Assembly (NCBI GenBank): GCA_036802945.1
Contig: DAIRVG010000013.1
Coordinates: 634-64,633 of the forward strand
From: Vicinamibacterales bacterium
GTDB taxonomy: Bacteria > Acidobacteriota > Vicinamibacteria > Vicinamibacterales > UBA2999
Direction: 5' to 3'
Length of the DNA: 64,000 nucleotides
Position 1 is the stretch's first letter. The number at the start of each line of letters is the position of its first letter. Below are positions 27,058-36,531 of the stretch, piece after piece. Below the pieces are notes generated by a model. That model saw nothing but the letters and a program-made list of their open reading frames with translations. It made no database searches and was not told where the DNA came from. The translations under genes and the position numbers were made by a program.

Positions 27058-28025
27058 TGGCAAGGCTTGCCTACATCCTGGCGGCCAGCCATTCCGGCTC
27101 TACTCTCCTGGCGATGCTGCTGGGCGCCCACCCTGAGGCGGTCACGGTGGGCGAACTGAAAGCAACAAACCTGGGAGCGACTGACAGATATCGGTGCTCG
27201 TGTGGCGCGCTGATTAAGGAGTGCGACTTCTGGCGGCGCGTTGCGCAGGAAATGCGAGCGCGCGGCTATCCGTTCGACATTACCCGCGCCAAGACCAACA
27301 TCCTAGATGTAGATAGTCGATACGCGGCGCAATTGCTTCGACCGCTGCATCGCGGCGTGCTGCTTGAATCGATTCGCGACAGGGCGTTGACTCTATCGCG
27401 TGTCTGGCGCAAACATCTCGAGGAAGTGCAAAAACGAAACCTAGCATTGCTGGAGACGCTTGGAACTCTCACCGGTGCGCGAGTGGTCGTGGATTCCTCA
27501 AAGCTTGGTCTTCGACTGAAGTACCTGCTCCGCATTCCCTCCCTCGACGTTAAGGTGGTGCGATTGATACGGGACGGACGAGGTGTGGCCCTGACCTATG
27601 TCAATCCAGCCGAATTCGCGGATACAAGGAACGAGGGGTTACGGGGAGGAGGCTCTGGCGTCAGCACCGAAACGGGGCGTGAGATGCGTAGAGCAGCTCG
27701 GGAATGGAAGCGCAGCAACGAGGAAGCCGATGCCCTTCTGGCTGGCCTTCCTCGCTCTGATTGGCTCGAGGTCCGGTATGAGGATCTCTGCGGGGATCCC
27801 TCCAACACTCTTCGCGCTGTCTGTTCGTTTCTTGGACTGGACTCCGCTCAGATCGTTCTCGATTTTCGTTCTGTAGAGCATCACGTCGTGGGAAACGGGA
27901 TGCGTCTAGATTCGACCTCGGACGTGCTTCTCGACGAGCGATGGAAGACGTTCTTGAGCGAGGAGCAGTTGCAATTGTTCGAGTCCGTTGCGGGCGATTT
28001 GAACCGCAGGCTTGGGTACCCTTAG
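27057..28025 (+). CDS. Sulfotransferase-family protein (PAPS-dependent type)
   Basis: AASHSGSTLLAMLL is a 5'-phosphosulfate-binding-loop-like motif, and VVRLIRDGRGV is a 3'-phosphate-binding-like motif. The ATG overlaps the upstream TGA by 1 nt. Confidence 0.85.
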   Translation: MARLAYILAASHSGSTLLAMLLGAHPEAVTVGELKATNLGATDRYRCSCGALIKECDFWRRVAQEMRARGYPFDITRAKTNILDVDSRYAAQLLRPLHRGVLLESIRDRALTLSRVWRKHLEEVQKRNLALLETLGTLTGARVVVDSSKLGLRLKYLLRIPSLDVKVVRLIRDGRGVALTYVNPAEFADTRNEGLRGGGSGVSTETGREMRRAAREWKRSNEEADALLAGLPRSDWLEVRYEDLCGDPSNTLRAVCSFLGLDSAQIVLDFRSVEHHVVGNGMRLDSTSDVLLDERWKTFLSEEQLQLFESVAGDLNRRLGYP

Positions 28026-28040
28026 CAAGAAGATTCTGAT

Positions 28041-29282
28041 TTGTTGCCATTACCCTCGGAGCGGGCCGTTCCCATTCGCCAATACCCGTACCCCTTCAAG
28101 GCCATGCTGGCGATCTGCAGCGATCTCGACGAAACACCAGACCGCCACGCGTACGGGTCCGTAATGCAGTTCCTCAATAGTCGCAACGTCGGGCCGCTGG
28201 GGGCTGGCGTCGGACTAGAGGTGGGAAACTCGATCTACTTCGACATGCCGCCCGACCAGTTTTCCTACTGGAACACAGACGATCACGGACGAGCAATGAT
28301 TCGGTCGCTGATCAAGAGTGGACACGTAGACTGCCTCCACTCATTCGGGGATCTCGCCACCGATCGTGAGCACGCTGGTCGAGCCCTCGACGACCTTACG
28401 AAACACAACTGCCGTCTCGCCGTCTGGATCGATCATGCTGTCGCCCCGTCGAATTTCGGCAGCGACATCATGAGGGGTTTTGGGGACGTGTGCGGACATC
28501 GTGCGTATCATGCCGACCTGAGCATTTCATATGGCATCCGGTACGTGTGGCGCGGACGGGTCACGAGCGTCATCGGACAAGACCGGCCGTCCACTTTGAA
28601 GGGGGTCTGGAACGGACGACATCCGGCGGCATCGTTTCGGACGCTCGCGAAAGAGGGAGCCAAGTTGGCTCTCTCCAGAAACGGGAGAAGCCGCTATCAA
28701 ATGCATGGCTCTAACAGGGTGGCCCGTCCAGCCCATTTGAGAAACGGTACGGCTGTTATCGAGTTCCTGCGGTGTAATCCGCACTGGGGCGGCGTAAGTC
28801 GTTGCGATACCGCGGACGGCATAGCGGACGTGCTCACCACATCTTTCCTCGACCGGCTAGTCCAGCGTCGTAGCTGCTGTGTGCTCTATACGCATCTCGG
28901 AAAACGTCGTCGCCGAGATGGCGAAGGTGTGCTCGGTACTGCGGCTCTCGATTGTTTTCGACAACTGGCAGAGCGGCAGTCAAGCGGCGACGTGCTCATC
29001 ACCACTACCAGGCGCTTACTAGACTATTGTCACACTCGGGATCAATTACGGCTGTCGGAGTCCAAGCGGGAGCATCGGCTGTGTTTCGACCTTTCTCTTC
29101 CCGATACGTGCCAACAGTCAGAACTTCTGCACGGTATAACTCTCTACACCGACGCGGCTGACAAAACAGACGTTTACTTGAATGGAAGCCATCTCCCGGG
29201 AATCGTATGCAACGCAGCCGACGAGACAGGTCGTCCCAGCGTGTCGATTCGCTGGCCAGCACTGGAGTTCCCGCAGTTTTGA
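28041..29282 (+). CDS. Conserved hypothetical protein (possible divergent deacetylase/hydrolase barrel)
   Basis: 413-aa ORF in operon context. AMLAICSDLDETPD, CLHSFGD and WIDHAV suggest a metal-binding barrel, but I cannot assign a family. Confidence 0.65.
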   Translation: MLPLPSERAVPIRQYPYPFKAMLAICSDLDETPDRHAYGSVMQFLNSRNVGPLGAGVGLEVGNSIYFDMPPDQFSYWNTDDHGRAMIRSLIKSGHVDCLHSFGDLATDREHAGRALDDLTKHNCRLAVWIDHAVAPSNFGSDIMRGFGDVCGHRAYHADLSISYGIRYVWRGRVTSVIGQDRPSTLKGVWNGRHPAASFRTLAKEGAKLALSRNGRSRYQMHGSNRVARPAHLRNGTAVIEFLRCNPHWGGVSRCDTADGIADVLTTSFLDRLVQRRSCCVLYTHLGKRRRRDGEGVLGTAALDCFRQLAERQSSGDVLITTTRRLLDYCHTRDQLRLSESKREHRLCFDLSLPDTCQQSELLHGITLYTDAADKTDVYLNGSHLPGIVCNAADETGRPSVSIRWPALEFPQF

Positions 29283-29443
29283 TCGGACCAATTAGCGAGG
29301 TCGCAGCGAGTGCGCCCGGTCGAATCTCGGTCGGTGCCTGGCCCGGCCTAGTCTTGTATCGACTTCTGTTGAACGCACACTGGATGGTGCTGCGCGCCCT
29401 GCGGTTGCGCAAGCGAACGCCACAAGTTCCGCACAGTCAATCA

Positions 29444-30559
29444 ATGAGGGTACTCCTGACCGGAACGTTTTATTCTGAAAGCTGGATTCTCAATCATCTG
29501 AAGCCGCTTGCGGCCAGTCGGCTATGCGCCGAAATCTGGCTGGTTACGACCATCGCGATCCCTCCTACAGAAAAGGTGAAAGTGATCCACCCGCCGTTCT
29601 GGCTCATTCGGTGCGTGGGTCAGGTTCCGGCCCGCTTGATCGTCTTCGTGGTGACCGCGGTCAGGCACCGACCGGACTTCGTGGGTGGATTCCACCTCCT
29701 TCCCAACGGCCTGGTCGCACTTCTCCTCGCCCGATTCATCGGTAGCTGGTGTGTCTACTTCTGCGGGGGCGGCCCACGGGAGGTAGAGGACGGCGGTTTC
29801 CGCTCAGAATCGCGCTCCCTGCGTTTTCTCAAAGCCCCCGACGCCGGCCTGGAGAGGAAGTTGCTCCGGGCAGTTGACGAAATCGACCTCGTCATCACGA
29901 TGGGCAGGGGTGCCCAGGGCTTCTTTCGGAGCCGCGGTGTGCGTAGCCGAAACGAGGTGGTACCGGGAGGCATCGATTCCCTACGTTTTCAGTTCGACGA
30001 TCAGCCCAAGAAGTACGATCTCATCCTGATCGGAAGACTTCACCCAGTAAAACGGATCGACTTGTTTCTTCGCACTGTCAGAAAGTTGGCTGAGACCAAT
30101 CCCGACGTCTCCGCAGTTGTGGTCGGAGGGGGTGAGCTCGAGAGCTCCTTGAGAGGGTTGGCGGTCGAACTCGGCGTGGGGGATCGGGTGACCTTCGCAG
30201 GTCAGCAACCCGATGTCGGACCCTGGCTGGCGCAGTCGAGGGTCTTTGTTCTGACGTCGGAGTCCGAGGGCCTTTCGCTCGCTCTGATGGAAGCGATGAC
30301 GGCCGGCCTGCCGTGTGTGGTCGCCAACGTAGGCGAGATGGGCGAACTGGTCGAACACGGCAGCACGGGATTTCTGGTCGATGAGGATTCGCCAGAAGCT
30401 TTTTGCTTTTTCCTGGAGCAGCTACTCAGCAGCGAATCTGTCAGGGAACAGTTTTCTATGGCCAGTAAGAAGGCCGCGTCACGCCTCACGACCGCGGAAA
30501 CAGCAAAGCGTTGGGACCGCATATTCGGTGATTTCGGTTATTCGAGTTCAGCCAATTAA
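29444..30559 (+). CDS. Glycosyltransferase family 4 (GT-B)
   Basis: TSESEGLSLALMEAMTAGLPCVVANVGEMGELVEHGSTGFLV. The start is chosen at the ATG at 29444 (MRVLLTG) rather than the overlapping ORF-track start at 29207. Confidence 0.9.
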   Translation: MRVLLTGTFYSESWILNHLKPLAASRLCAEIWLVTTIAIPPTEKVKVIHPPFWLIRCVGQVPARLIVFVVTAVRHRPDFVGGFHLLPNGLVALLLARFIGSWCVYFCGGGPREVEDGGFRSESRSLRFLKAPDAGLERKLLRAVDEIDLVITMGRGAQGFFRSRGVRSRNEVVPGGIDSLRFQFDDQPKKYDLILIGRLHPVKRIDLFLRTVRKLAETNPDVSAVVVGGGELESSLRGLAVELGVGDRVTFAGQQPDVGPWLAQSRVFVLTSESEGLSLALMEAMTAGLPCVVANVGEMGELVEHGSTGFLVDEDSPEAFCFFLEQLLSSESVREQFSMASKKAASRLTTAETAKRWDRIFGDFGYSSSAN

Positions 30560-30837
30560 GAACCGAGCCCCAGCGATCACTGAGGTGAGGCACGTTGATC
30601 ACGCCGCGGGCGTCTCTAAATCTTCTGCGCACGTGGGAAAACTCGGCGAAGGCAAGAACAGTGGGCGTTTCGGTCCGCCCGTAGTGGCCGGCTGCCGGCC
30701 GAGTGTTACCAATCGGGCGCATTAGTCACCACCGCTCGTCGCCTGCTAGACCAGTCGCCACAATCTCAGAAAAACGAAAATGCCGTTCGCCGCCCTGCGT
30801 CCTCCGTCTTCAGGACCGTGCCGTCTCCAATTCCCCA

Positions 30838-32424
30838 ATGACCGCTAACCGACACAAGGGCGAAGACCTGACCGGGCGAAGCCGATTCGCGCGCAACGTT
30901 GCCTTTGCTTGGAGCGCGTATGCGGTCAACATTGCCACGGGATTCTTGATGCCCCGGCTGATCAGTGACCATTTGGGTCAGGGGGTGCTCGGTATTTGGG
31001 ATTTTTCGTGGGGCCTAGTCACTTACTTTGGGATCGTTCAACTTGGACTTGGAGGCTCCGTAAACCGCTATGTCGCGCGACACAGGGCTGAGGGCGATCA
31101 CGCTGCTCTCAATCGGTCCGTCTCAACCATCGCCGTCTTCCTCTGGTTAGCCTCTTTGCTGGTGGCGCTGGTTTCGGTGCTGTGTGCTTGGTGGGTCGTT
31201 CCTTTTTTCGGCGACCGGCTGGGGGGAGAGTTAGAAACAGCTCGCTGGGTCGTCTTGATTCTAGGCTTGGAGATAGCCTCGTCGTTTCTTTTCTCTGTTT
31301 ACAATGGAGTATTAGTGGGGTGCCATCGGTGGGATTGGCACAACACCGTCAGCGCGATTACCTCCGCTACGTTGGCTGTCGGCATGGCGAGCATGGTCCT
31401 GGGCGGGGGAGGACTGGTCCAGATCGCGCTGGTTCACGCCGTGGTCATGACTGCCGGAGAGATGTTTCGGAAGCGACTGACCCGCGCCGCTTGTCCTGAG
31501 CTGAGGCTGGACTTCCGCCTTGCCTCACGCGGCATTTTTTGGGAACAGGCTCATTACAGTGCCAAAAGCGTTCTCCCGCGAGTAGGAGAAATGGTTTCCA
31601 ACCAATCCTTGAGTTTCCTGGTCACGTATTTTCTGGGACCGGCCATGCTGGCGGTCTATTCCCGCCCGCAAAGTCTTGTTCGCCAAGTTCAAACGCTCGC
31701 CTCCAAGTTTGGTTTCATCCTGCTTCCGACCGCCAGTTCTTTGCAGGCCCAGACTTCTGACGATCAAGTGCGCATCACTCTGTGCGAATCCACTCGTCAT
31801 CTGGGTGCACTGGGCATGCCGGTGGCTGTGACGATGGCGTTGGCGGGCGACTTCGTCATCAGTTTGTGGATGGGCCCGGAGTACGTTTACCCCGGGCTGG
31901 TCACCGTCATGGCCCTCGCCTCCCTGCCTGTTTGGATCATGGAGCCAGTCTGGAGCATTCTGGCGGGTTTGAATCAGCATGGTCGTCTGGGCTGGGGCAA
32001 GGTGGCCGGATCTCTGTTGTCGGCGCTTTCACTGGTCGCCGCTTTTACTCTGGGGCATACCGGCCTCCTCGGGGCAGCGGTCGCTTTTTCTGTCCCGCAA
32101 TTAGTGGTGAATGCCGTGGTCACTCCGGTGATCGCCTGCCGCCGGATTGGACTGCCCTTGCGCCAATTCTATTGGGAAGCTTTTGGTCGGCCCTTTGTTT
32201 GTGTGCTGCCTTATGCTTGGGGGCTGGGATTCGCTGTCTGGCTTCTGCCAGGCCATACTCCAGAAGCCGTGGGATCGGCCCTGCTCGGTTTGATCGCCAC
32301 GAGCCTGACTTACTGGCTCTATATCTTGCCTTCTTCCTGGAGGAAGAAGATTCAAATGTGCAGGCCATTCCGTTCCACGATTCATCATCCGGTTGAAGCG
32401 CAACCACAATCTGAGATCCTTTAG
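30838..32424 (+). CDS. Wzx-type polysaccharide flippase (MOP superfamily)
   Basis: About 12 predicted hydrophobic segments. The N-terminus NVAFAWSAYAVNIATGFLMPRLISDHLGQGVLGIWDFSW..GGSVNRYVARH is typical of polysaccharide biosynthesis/Wzx proteins. The start is the ATG at 30838. Confidence 0.85.
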   Translation: MTANRHKGEDLTGRSRFARNVAFAWSAYAVNIATGFLMPRLISDHLGQGVLGIWDFSWGLVTYFGIVQLGLGGSVNRYVARHRAEGDHAALNRSVSTIAVFLWLASLLVALVSVLCAWWVVPFFGDRLGGELETARWVVLILGLEIASSFLFSVYNGVLVGCHRWDWHNTVSAITSATLAVGMASMVLGGGGLVQIALVHAVVMTAGEMFRKRLTRAACPELRLDFRLASRGIFWEQAHYSAKSVLPRVGEMVSNQSLSFLVTYFLGPAMLAVYSRPQSLVRQVQTLASKFGFILLPTASSLQAQTSDDQVRITLCESTRHLGALGMPVAVTMALAGDFVISLWMGPEYVYPGLVTVMALASLPVWIMEPVWSILAGLNQHGRLGWGKVAGSLLSALSLVAAFTLGHTGLLGAAVAFSVPQLVVNAVVTPVIACRRIGLPLRQFYWEAFGRPFVCVLPYAWGLGFAVWLLPGHTPEAVGSALLGLIATSLTYWLYILPSSWRKKIQMCRPFRSTIHHPVEAQPQSEIL

Positions 32425-32425
32425 C

Positions 32426-33634
32426 ATGGACGCGGGTTTTCCTGTTGTATTTGTTCGTTACTGGGGAAGTTACTTCAAATCCATCCACCAAGTCGGGGCT
32501 CTTATCGCAGAATTCAAGCCTTTGCTCACTCGCAAATGGCAATGCCATCTTGTCTTGGAAGCGCCTCCCGAAGAACCGGCATGGGCACAAATGCTGTCTC
32601 AGGTCGGTATCCGTCTGGAAATTGCGCCCCGGCCCCGATCACAGTTCGACTGGTCGGCGATCCTGACGGCCCGCCGATTGTTTCTTCGTCTCGGGACCGA
32701 CGTGATGGCCTGTGACAACATCCATACTGTCCCGCTCGTGGGCGCGTTCCTGGCTCGGGTTCCAGTTCGGATCTGGAACAAACGCTCCATGAACTCTTCG
32801 TATGAGGAATGCCGGGTTCCAAGATTCCGGGATCGCCTGCTGCCCTCGGTGCGCCTGTCCGCCCGCCTATCCACTCGCATCCTTGCGGTGTCCGTTGCGG
32901 TTAGAGACGAACTGGTCGGCTTGGGGGTAGCGGCGGATCGCGTCTTGGTGCGCTACAACCCCCGCTCGCGCCAGGTGCCGGCCCTGCCCGGCTCGGCCGC
33001 TCTTTTTCGACAAGCCCATGGAATTTCGAAACGGGAGATCGTGATTGCCACCGTCGGTCATGCAGTGCCGGTCAAAGCTTGGGATATCTTGATCCCGGCG
33101 TTTGCCAAAGTCGTTGCCGTCGAACCGCGGGCTCGTCTAATCCTCGCGGGCAGTTTCGATGCGGCGGCGGAAAGGGCCTGCCATGCCAGCCTGAAGAGAC
33201 AGGTGACAGAGCTCGGCGTCAGCTCAAAGGTGATCTTTACAGGGCGGTTGAACAACGTGTGGCCCCTCCTTCAGGCGACCGATATTTTCACCCTGCCGTC
33301 CCGTTCTGAAGGCTGGGGTAACGTTCTCATCGAGGCCTTGGACGCTGGGCTGCCATGCGTTGTCACTAGGGTGGGGGCCGCACGTCAGGTCGTCGTTGAA
33401 GGAATAAATGGAATTCTCGTGGACCGGGAAGATGTCGAGGATCTTTCGCGCGCCCTTCTGAGGCTTGCCCAGGACGACATGCTGCGTCGGACAATGGCCT
33501 ACAACGCCTCGGTTCCCGCGTACATCCCGACGGTCGACGAGTTTGCCGAACAACTAACCCGCGACTATGAGTCTCAACTGGCTTCGATCTTCAGTCGCCG
33601 CCAGACCTCCCCGCTGTCACGATCAGAAACTTGA
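32426..33634 (+). CDS. Glycosyltransferase family 4 (GT-B)
   Basis: LPSRSEGWGNVLIEALDAGLPCVVTRVGAARQVVVEGINGILV. The ATG lies 1 nt after the flippase stop. Confidence 0.9.
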   Translation: MDAGFPVVFVRYWGSYFKSIHQVGALIAEFKPLLTRKWQCHLVLEAPPEEPAWAQMLSQVGIRLEIAPRPRSQFDWSAILTARRLFLRLGTDVMACDNIHTVPLVGAFLARVPVRIWNKRSMNSSYEECRVPRFRDRLLPSVRLSARLSTRILAVSVAVRDELVGLGVAADRVLVRYNPRSRQVPALPGSAALFRQAHGISKREIVIATVGHAVPVKAWDILIPAFAKVVAVEPRARLILAGSFDAAAERACHASLKRQVTELGVSSKVIFTGRLNNVWPLLQATDIFTLPSRSEGWGNVLIEALDAGLPCVVTRVGAARQVVVEGINGILVDREDVEDLSRALLRLAQDDMLRRTMAYNASVPAYIPTVDEFAEQLTRDYESQLASIFSRRQTSPLSRSET

Positions 33635-33768
33635 CTAAAGAGAAGTGTAAGCCGAAGTGACTTTTCGATTGGGGCAGCGGAGAAGGGCCCAGGGTCGGCG
33701 CTCTAGGTCGGTGTAGCCGACCTGGCACATTGCATACCGCGCGCTGTGTCACCGCTACCCCGGGACTA

Positions 33769-34791
33769 ATGCTTTTCTATCCACCCGTGATTGCGCTCCT
33801 CAAGAATTCCGCTCTGGCTGTCGTTGGCCGTGCCGCTTCTTACTTGCCTGCCTTCACTTCGCGTCAGACTTCCCCTGCTCTGGGCATCATCATGGTGCAC
33901 GGGGTGCATCAGGAATGCAGCGCTACCCCGCTTTGTCCGCCCAGCAGCAATGTCTCTTTTCCGTCCTTTCAGTCCAATATCCAGGGGGCCGCGCGGCGGT
34001 TCACATTTATCTCTATGGACGAGGCGATTTCCATGATTGACGGCTACTCACCGTGGAAGCCTCGCTGCTTGGTTCTGACCTTTGATGACAGCTTGTCCTG
34101 TTTCTCCGAAAGTGTTGGCCCGGCTCTAGCCCGGTGGGGCATTCCTGCCACCTTTTACGTCTCGACCGAAGTCATCGAAACCCAACGGCCTTATTGGTGG
34201 TTGCGCCTCGAATACGCCGCTTTCCATATTCAGCGGCAGTCGTTGGATATTGTCGTCCCTGAAGTGGGGCGATTCGTTCTGCGCCCTGGCGGTGGCAGCG
34301 AAATGCGCCGTCTGAAGGCAGTGCTCCGTTGTTCTTCCTCGGCGCTCTGTGAACAAGTGGTTTCTGAGATCGAGGCTCGCGTTTCTGTCGCCTTATCCAA
34401 CCGGACCGTGGAGTATCCTTTCGGGCGGATCATGAGTTGGCAGGATGTCACCTCGCTTCACACATCAGGATTTGCCGTAGGCAGCCATACGGTCACCCAC
34501 TCAAACTTGTCCCTTCTTTCTCAAGCGGAACTGGACTTTGAACTGGTCGAATCAAGACGTTCTATCGAGCTTCATACGGGAACCTCGTGCCATCATCTTT
34601 GCTATCCGTACGGTGACTACTCGGATGAAGTTTCCTTTCGCGCTCGTTTTGCTGGCTACCGTTCGGCCGTGACTACGGATGGTCCAGGCTGGAACCATCC
34701 GTCGAGTGATTTGTTTCGCTTCCGGCGGTTTGCCATACCAACGCAGGCTTACCGTCTTTCCTTTGTGCTTTCCCACTTTGGCAAGTCTTAA
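33769..34791 (+). CDS. Polysaccharide deacetylase (carbohydrate esterase family 4)
   Basis: Canonical CE4 motifs: LVLTFDDS, GSHTVTHSNL and LCYPYGDY. The ORF track starts at a TTG at 33730; I prefer the ATG at 33769. Confidence 0.9.
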   Translation: MLFYPPVIALLKNSALAVVGRAASYLPAFTSRQTSPALGIIMVHGVHQECSATPLCPPSSNVSFPSFQSNIQGAARRFTFISMDEAISMIDGYSPWKPRCLVLTFDDSLSCFSESVGPALARWGIPATFYVSTEVIETQRPYWWLRLEYAAFHIQRQSLDIVVPEVGRFVLRPGGGSEMRRLKAVLRCSSSALCEQVVSEIEARVSVALSNRTVEYPFGRIMSWQDVTSLHTSGFAVGSHTVTHSNLSLLSQAELDFELVESRRSIELHTGTSCHHLCYPYGDYSDEVSFRARFAGYRSAVTTDGPGWNHPSSDLFRFRRFAIPTQAYRLSFVLSHFGKS

Positions 34792-34811
34792 GCTAGCCCG
34801 CCTCGCGGCGG

Positions 34812-34849
34812 AATCTTCTCCTCATGGTTAAATCTTCTCTTCATGGTTA
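34812..34849 (+). repeat. 19-bp tandem duplication of a translation-start region
   Basis: AATCTTCTCCTCATGGTTA (34812..34830) is followed by AATCTTCTCTTCATGGTTA (34831..34849), with one mismatch. Each copy carries ATGGTTAAA. Confidence 0.95.
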
Positions 34850-35928
34850 AAAGCGAATCCAAAGACCTGCAGGTTGACTGTATTCCTGCATCCCTATTAA
34901 CCATACCCATGATGGAGGCTTGGCGAGGAATCATTGCCTCGCAACCCTCGCTCTCCAGTCCGTTGTTCGCTCCGGAATACACGCAAACGATCGCCGCCGC
35001 CCTTCCGGGTGTCTTTGTTGCGCTCGGGAAAGCCGGGGACGAGTTCGTTGCGTTTCTTCCATTTGAACGCGATAAATCTGGAATCGGCCACCGACTTCAT
35101 TTGTGTGATTTCCAAGGCTTGATCGCCCGTTCGGATTTGGATTGCGACGTGCGGTCTTTCGTGCGGCGCGCGGGGCTTCGTGCGTGGGACTTCGACCACT
35201 TGCTGGCCAGTCAGCAATGTTTCGCTCCGTTTCACCGGCGCATTGTTCAATCGCCCGTCATCAATCTGGCTGCGGGTTATGAGGCCTACGTGGCGGAACG
35301 GCGCGCAGCGGGCACGGACTCCATCAAGAAATCTGGTAACTTATTGCGCCGTCTCGAACGCGAGATCGGTCCGTTGCGTTTCGAGGTTCAGGTCCGTGAT
35401 CCGGCATTGCTCCGTCAGTTGTTACTTTGGCGGGCTGCGAAGTATCAATCCCGTCACCCCTTCGAGTTGCTCGAGGCTATCCTGTTGCGGTTCCTTTCTC
35501 TCCAGCAGGACGGCTGTCGAGGAACCTTGTCCGTCCTCTACGCGGGTGATGCGATCGTGGCTTCGCACTTCGGCCTCCGCTCCAGAAATAGGTGGCATTA
35601 TTGGTTTCCCGCTTACAATGCGCAATTCGAAAAATACTCTGCCGGCATTATTCTGCTCCTCAAGATTGCCGAGATTGCCTGCACGATGGGCATTCATACG
35701 ATCGACTTGGGCATGGGGGAAGAGGACTACAAGCGACGATTGATGAACGGTTCTCTTCAAATCGCCGAAGGCTCAGTTCAAGTTTCGTCCCTCCTGTCGT
35801 TCACACGGTCATTCCGGAGGCACGCCGGTTTGGTGCTACGTCGCGCTCCGGTGCTTAATTCGCTTGCCAGGCGTTTAGTAGGTGCTGGCGAAACGACGCC
35901 CGCTTCCGCTCAAGTCCTGCCTTCTTGA
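34843..35928 (+). CDS. GNAT-fold acyltransferase of the CelD/BcsL (Acetyltransf_6, FemAB-like) type
   Basis: W..L......SPLFAPEY at the N-terminus. The C-terminal part reads HFGLRSRNRWHYWFPAYNAQFEKYSAGIILLLKIAEIACTMGIHTIDLGMGEEDYKRRL. Confidence 0.8.
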   Translation: MVKSESKDLQVDCIPASLLTIPMMEAWRGIIASQPSLSSPLFAPEYTQTIAAALPGVFVALGKAGDEFVAFLPFERDKSGIGHRLHLCDFQGLIARSDLDCDVRSFVRRAGLRAWDFDHLLASQQCFAPFHRRIVQSPVINLAAGYEAYVAERRAAGTDSIKKSGNLLRRLEREIGPLRFEVQVRDPALLRQLLLWRAAKYQSRHPFELLEAILLRFLSLQQDGCRGTLSVLYAGDAIVASHFGLRSRNRWHYWFPAYNAQFEKYSAGIILLLKIAEIACTMGIHTIDLGMGEEDYKRRLMNGSLQIAEGSVQVSSLLSFTRSFRRHAGLVLRRAPVLNSLARRLVGAGETTPASAQVLPS

Positions 35929-36108
35929 AAATGTTTCACAGCTTCCCGATTGGGAGCAGCGGCTTTGTTCGGATGACTTCGCCGGTGGGTCTGCGGCAGT
36001 TGGCATCGCTCGCATCCGCGGAGACCTTAAGATCCTGGTAGCGACGAGGCTAGTTGTAGTCCCTGCTGGATGGTTGCTCTTCGTGATCAGTAATTTCGTT
36101 CAACGACA

Positions 36109-36531
36109 ATGATGACAATGATGTCGCCGGGTAGCTTAATCCTTCATCACGTCGGCGTTGTTTTGCCAGATCGCGATGCTGTGGTTCGGTACTGCAAGGC
36201 CCTCAACCTGCCGATTCTTGCCGAAGAATATGTTGCAGCATTCTGTTGCCACTGCATTTTCGTTGGGCCCGCACTGCCCTGCGTCGAGCTCATTATCCCG
36301 AACGGCGGACGTCTTGCCGAATTCAATAACGGACAAGGGGGACTCCATCACTTTGCCTATCGAACTGAGTCGTTACGTGCTTTCATGGGCTCTTTTGAAA
36401 ACGGGAAGGCTCGTTGGCTTCACCCAGCTCCAGTCCGCGGTGCACGAGGGATGTGGGTAAATTTTCTGGCACCGTCACACCTGGGTCTGCTGACTGAGTT
36501 TGTAGAGGAGTCAAGTGACCAGTCCGATTGA
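36109..36531 (+). CDS. VOC-superfamily protein, methylmalonyl-CoA-epimerase-like
   Basis: The paired LHHVGVVLPD and GGLHHFAY motifs, plus LLTEFVE at the C-terminus, fit the glyoxalase/MCE fold. Confidence 0.8.
   Translation: MMTMMSPGSLILHHVGVVLPDRDAVVRYCKALNLPILAEEYVAAFCCHCIFVGPALPCVELIIPNGGRLAEFNNGQGGLHHFAYRTESLRAFMGSFENGKARWLHPAPVRGARGMWVNFLAPSHLGLLTEFVEESSDQSD

Noticed and set aside
33723-33736. TGGCACATTGCATA before the CE4 deacetylase gene
   Set aside because: It contains both sigma-54 words, but only one base separates TGGCAC from TTGCA instead of five. The spacing is incompatible with a functional -24/-12 promoter.
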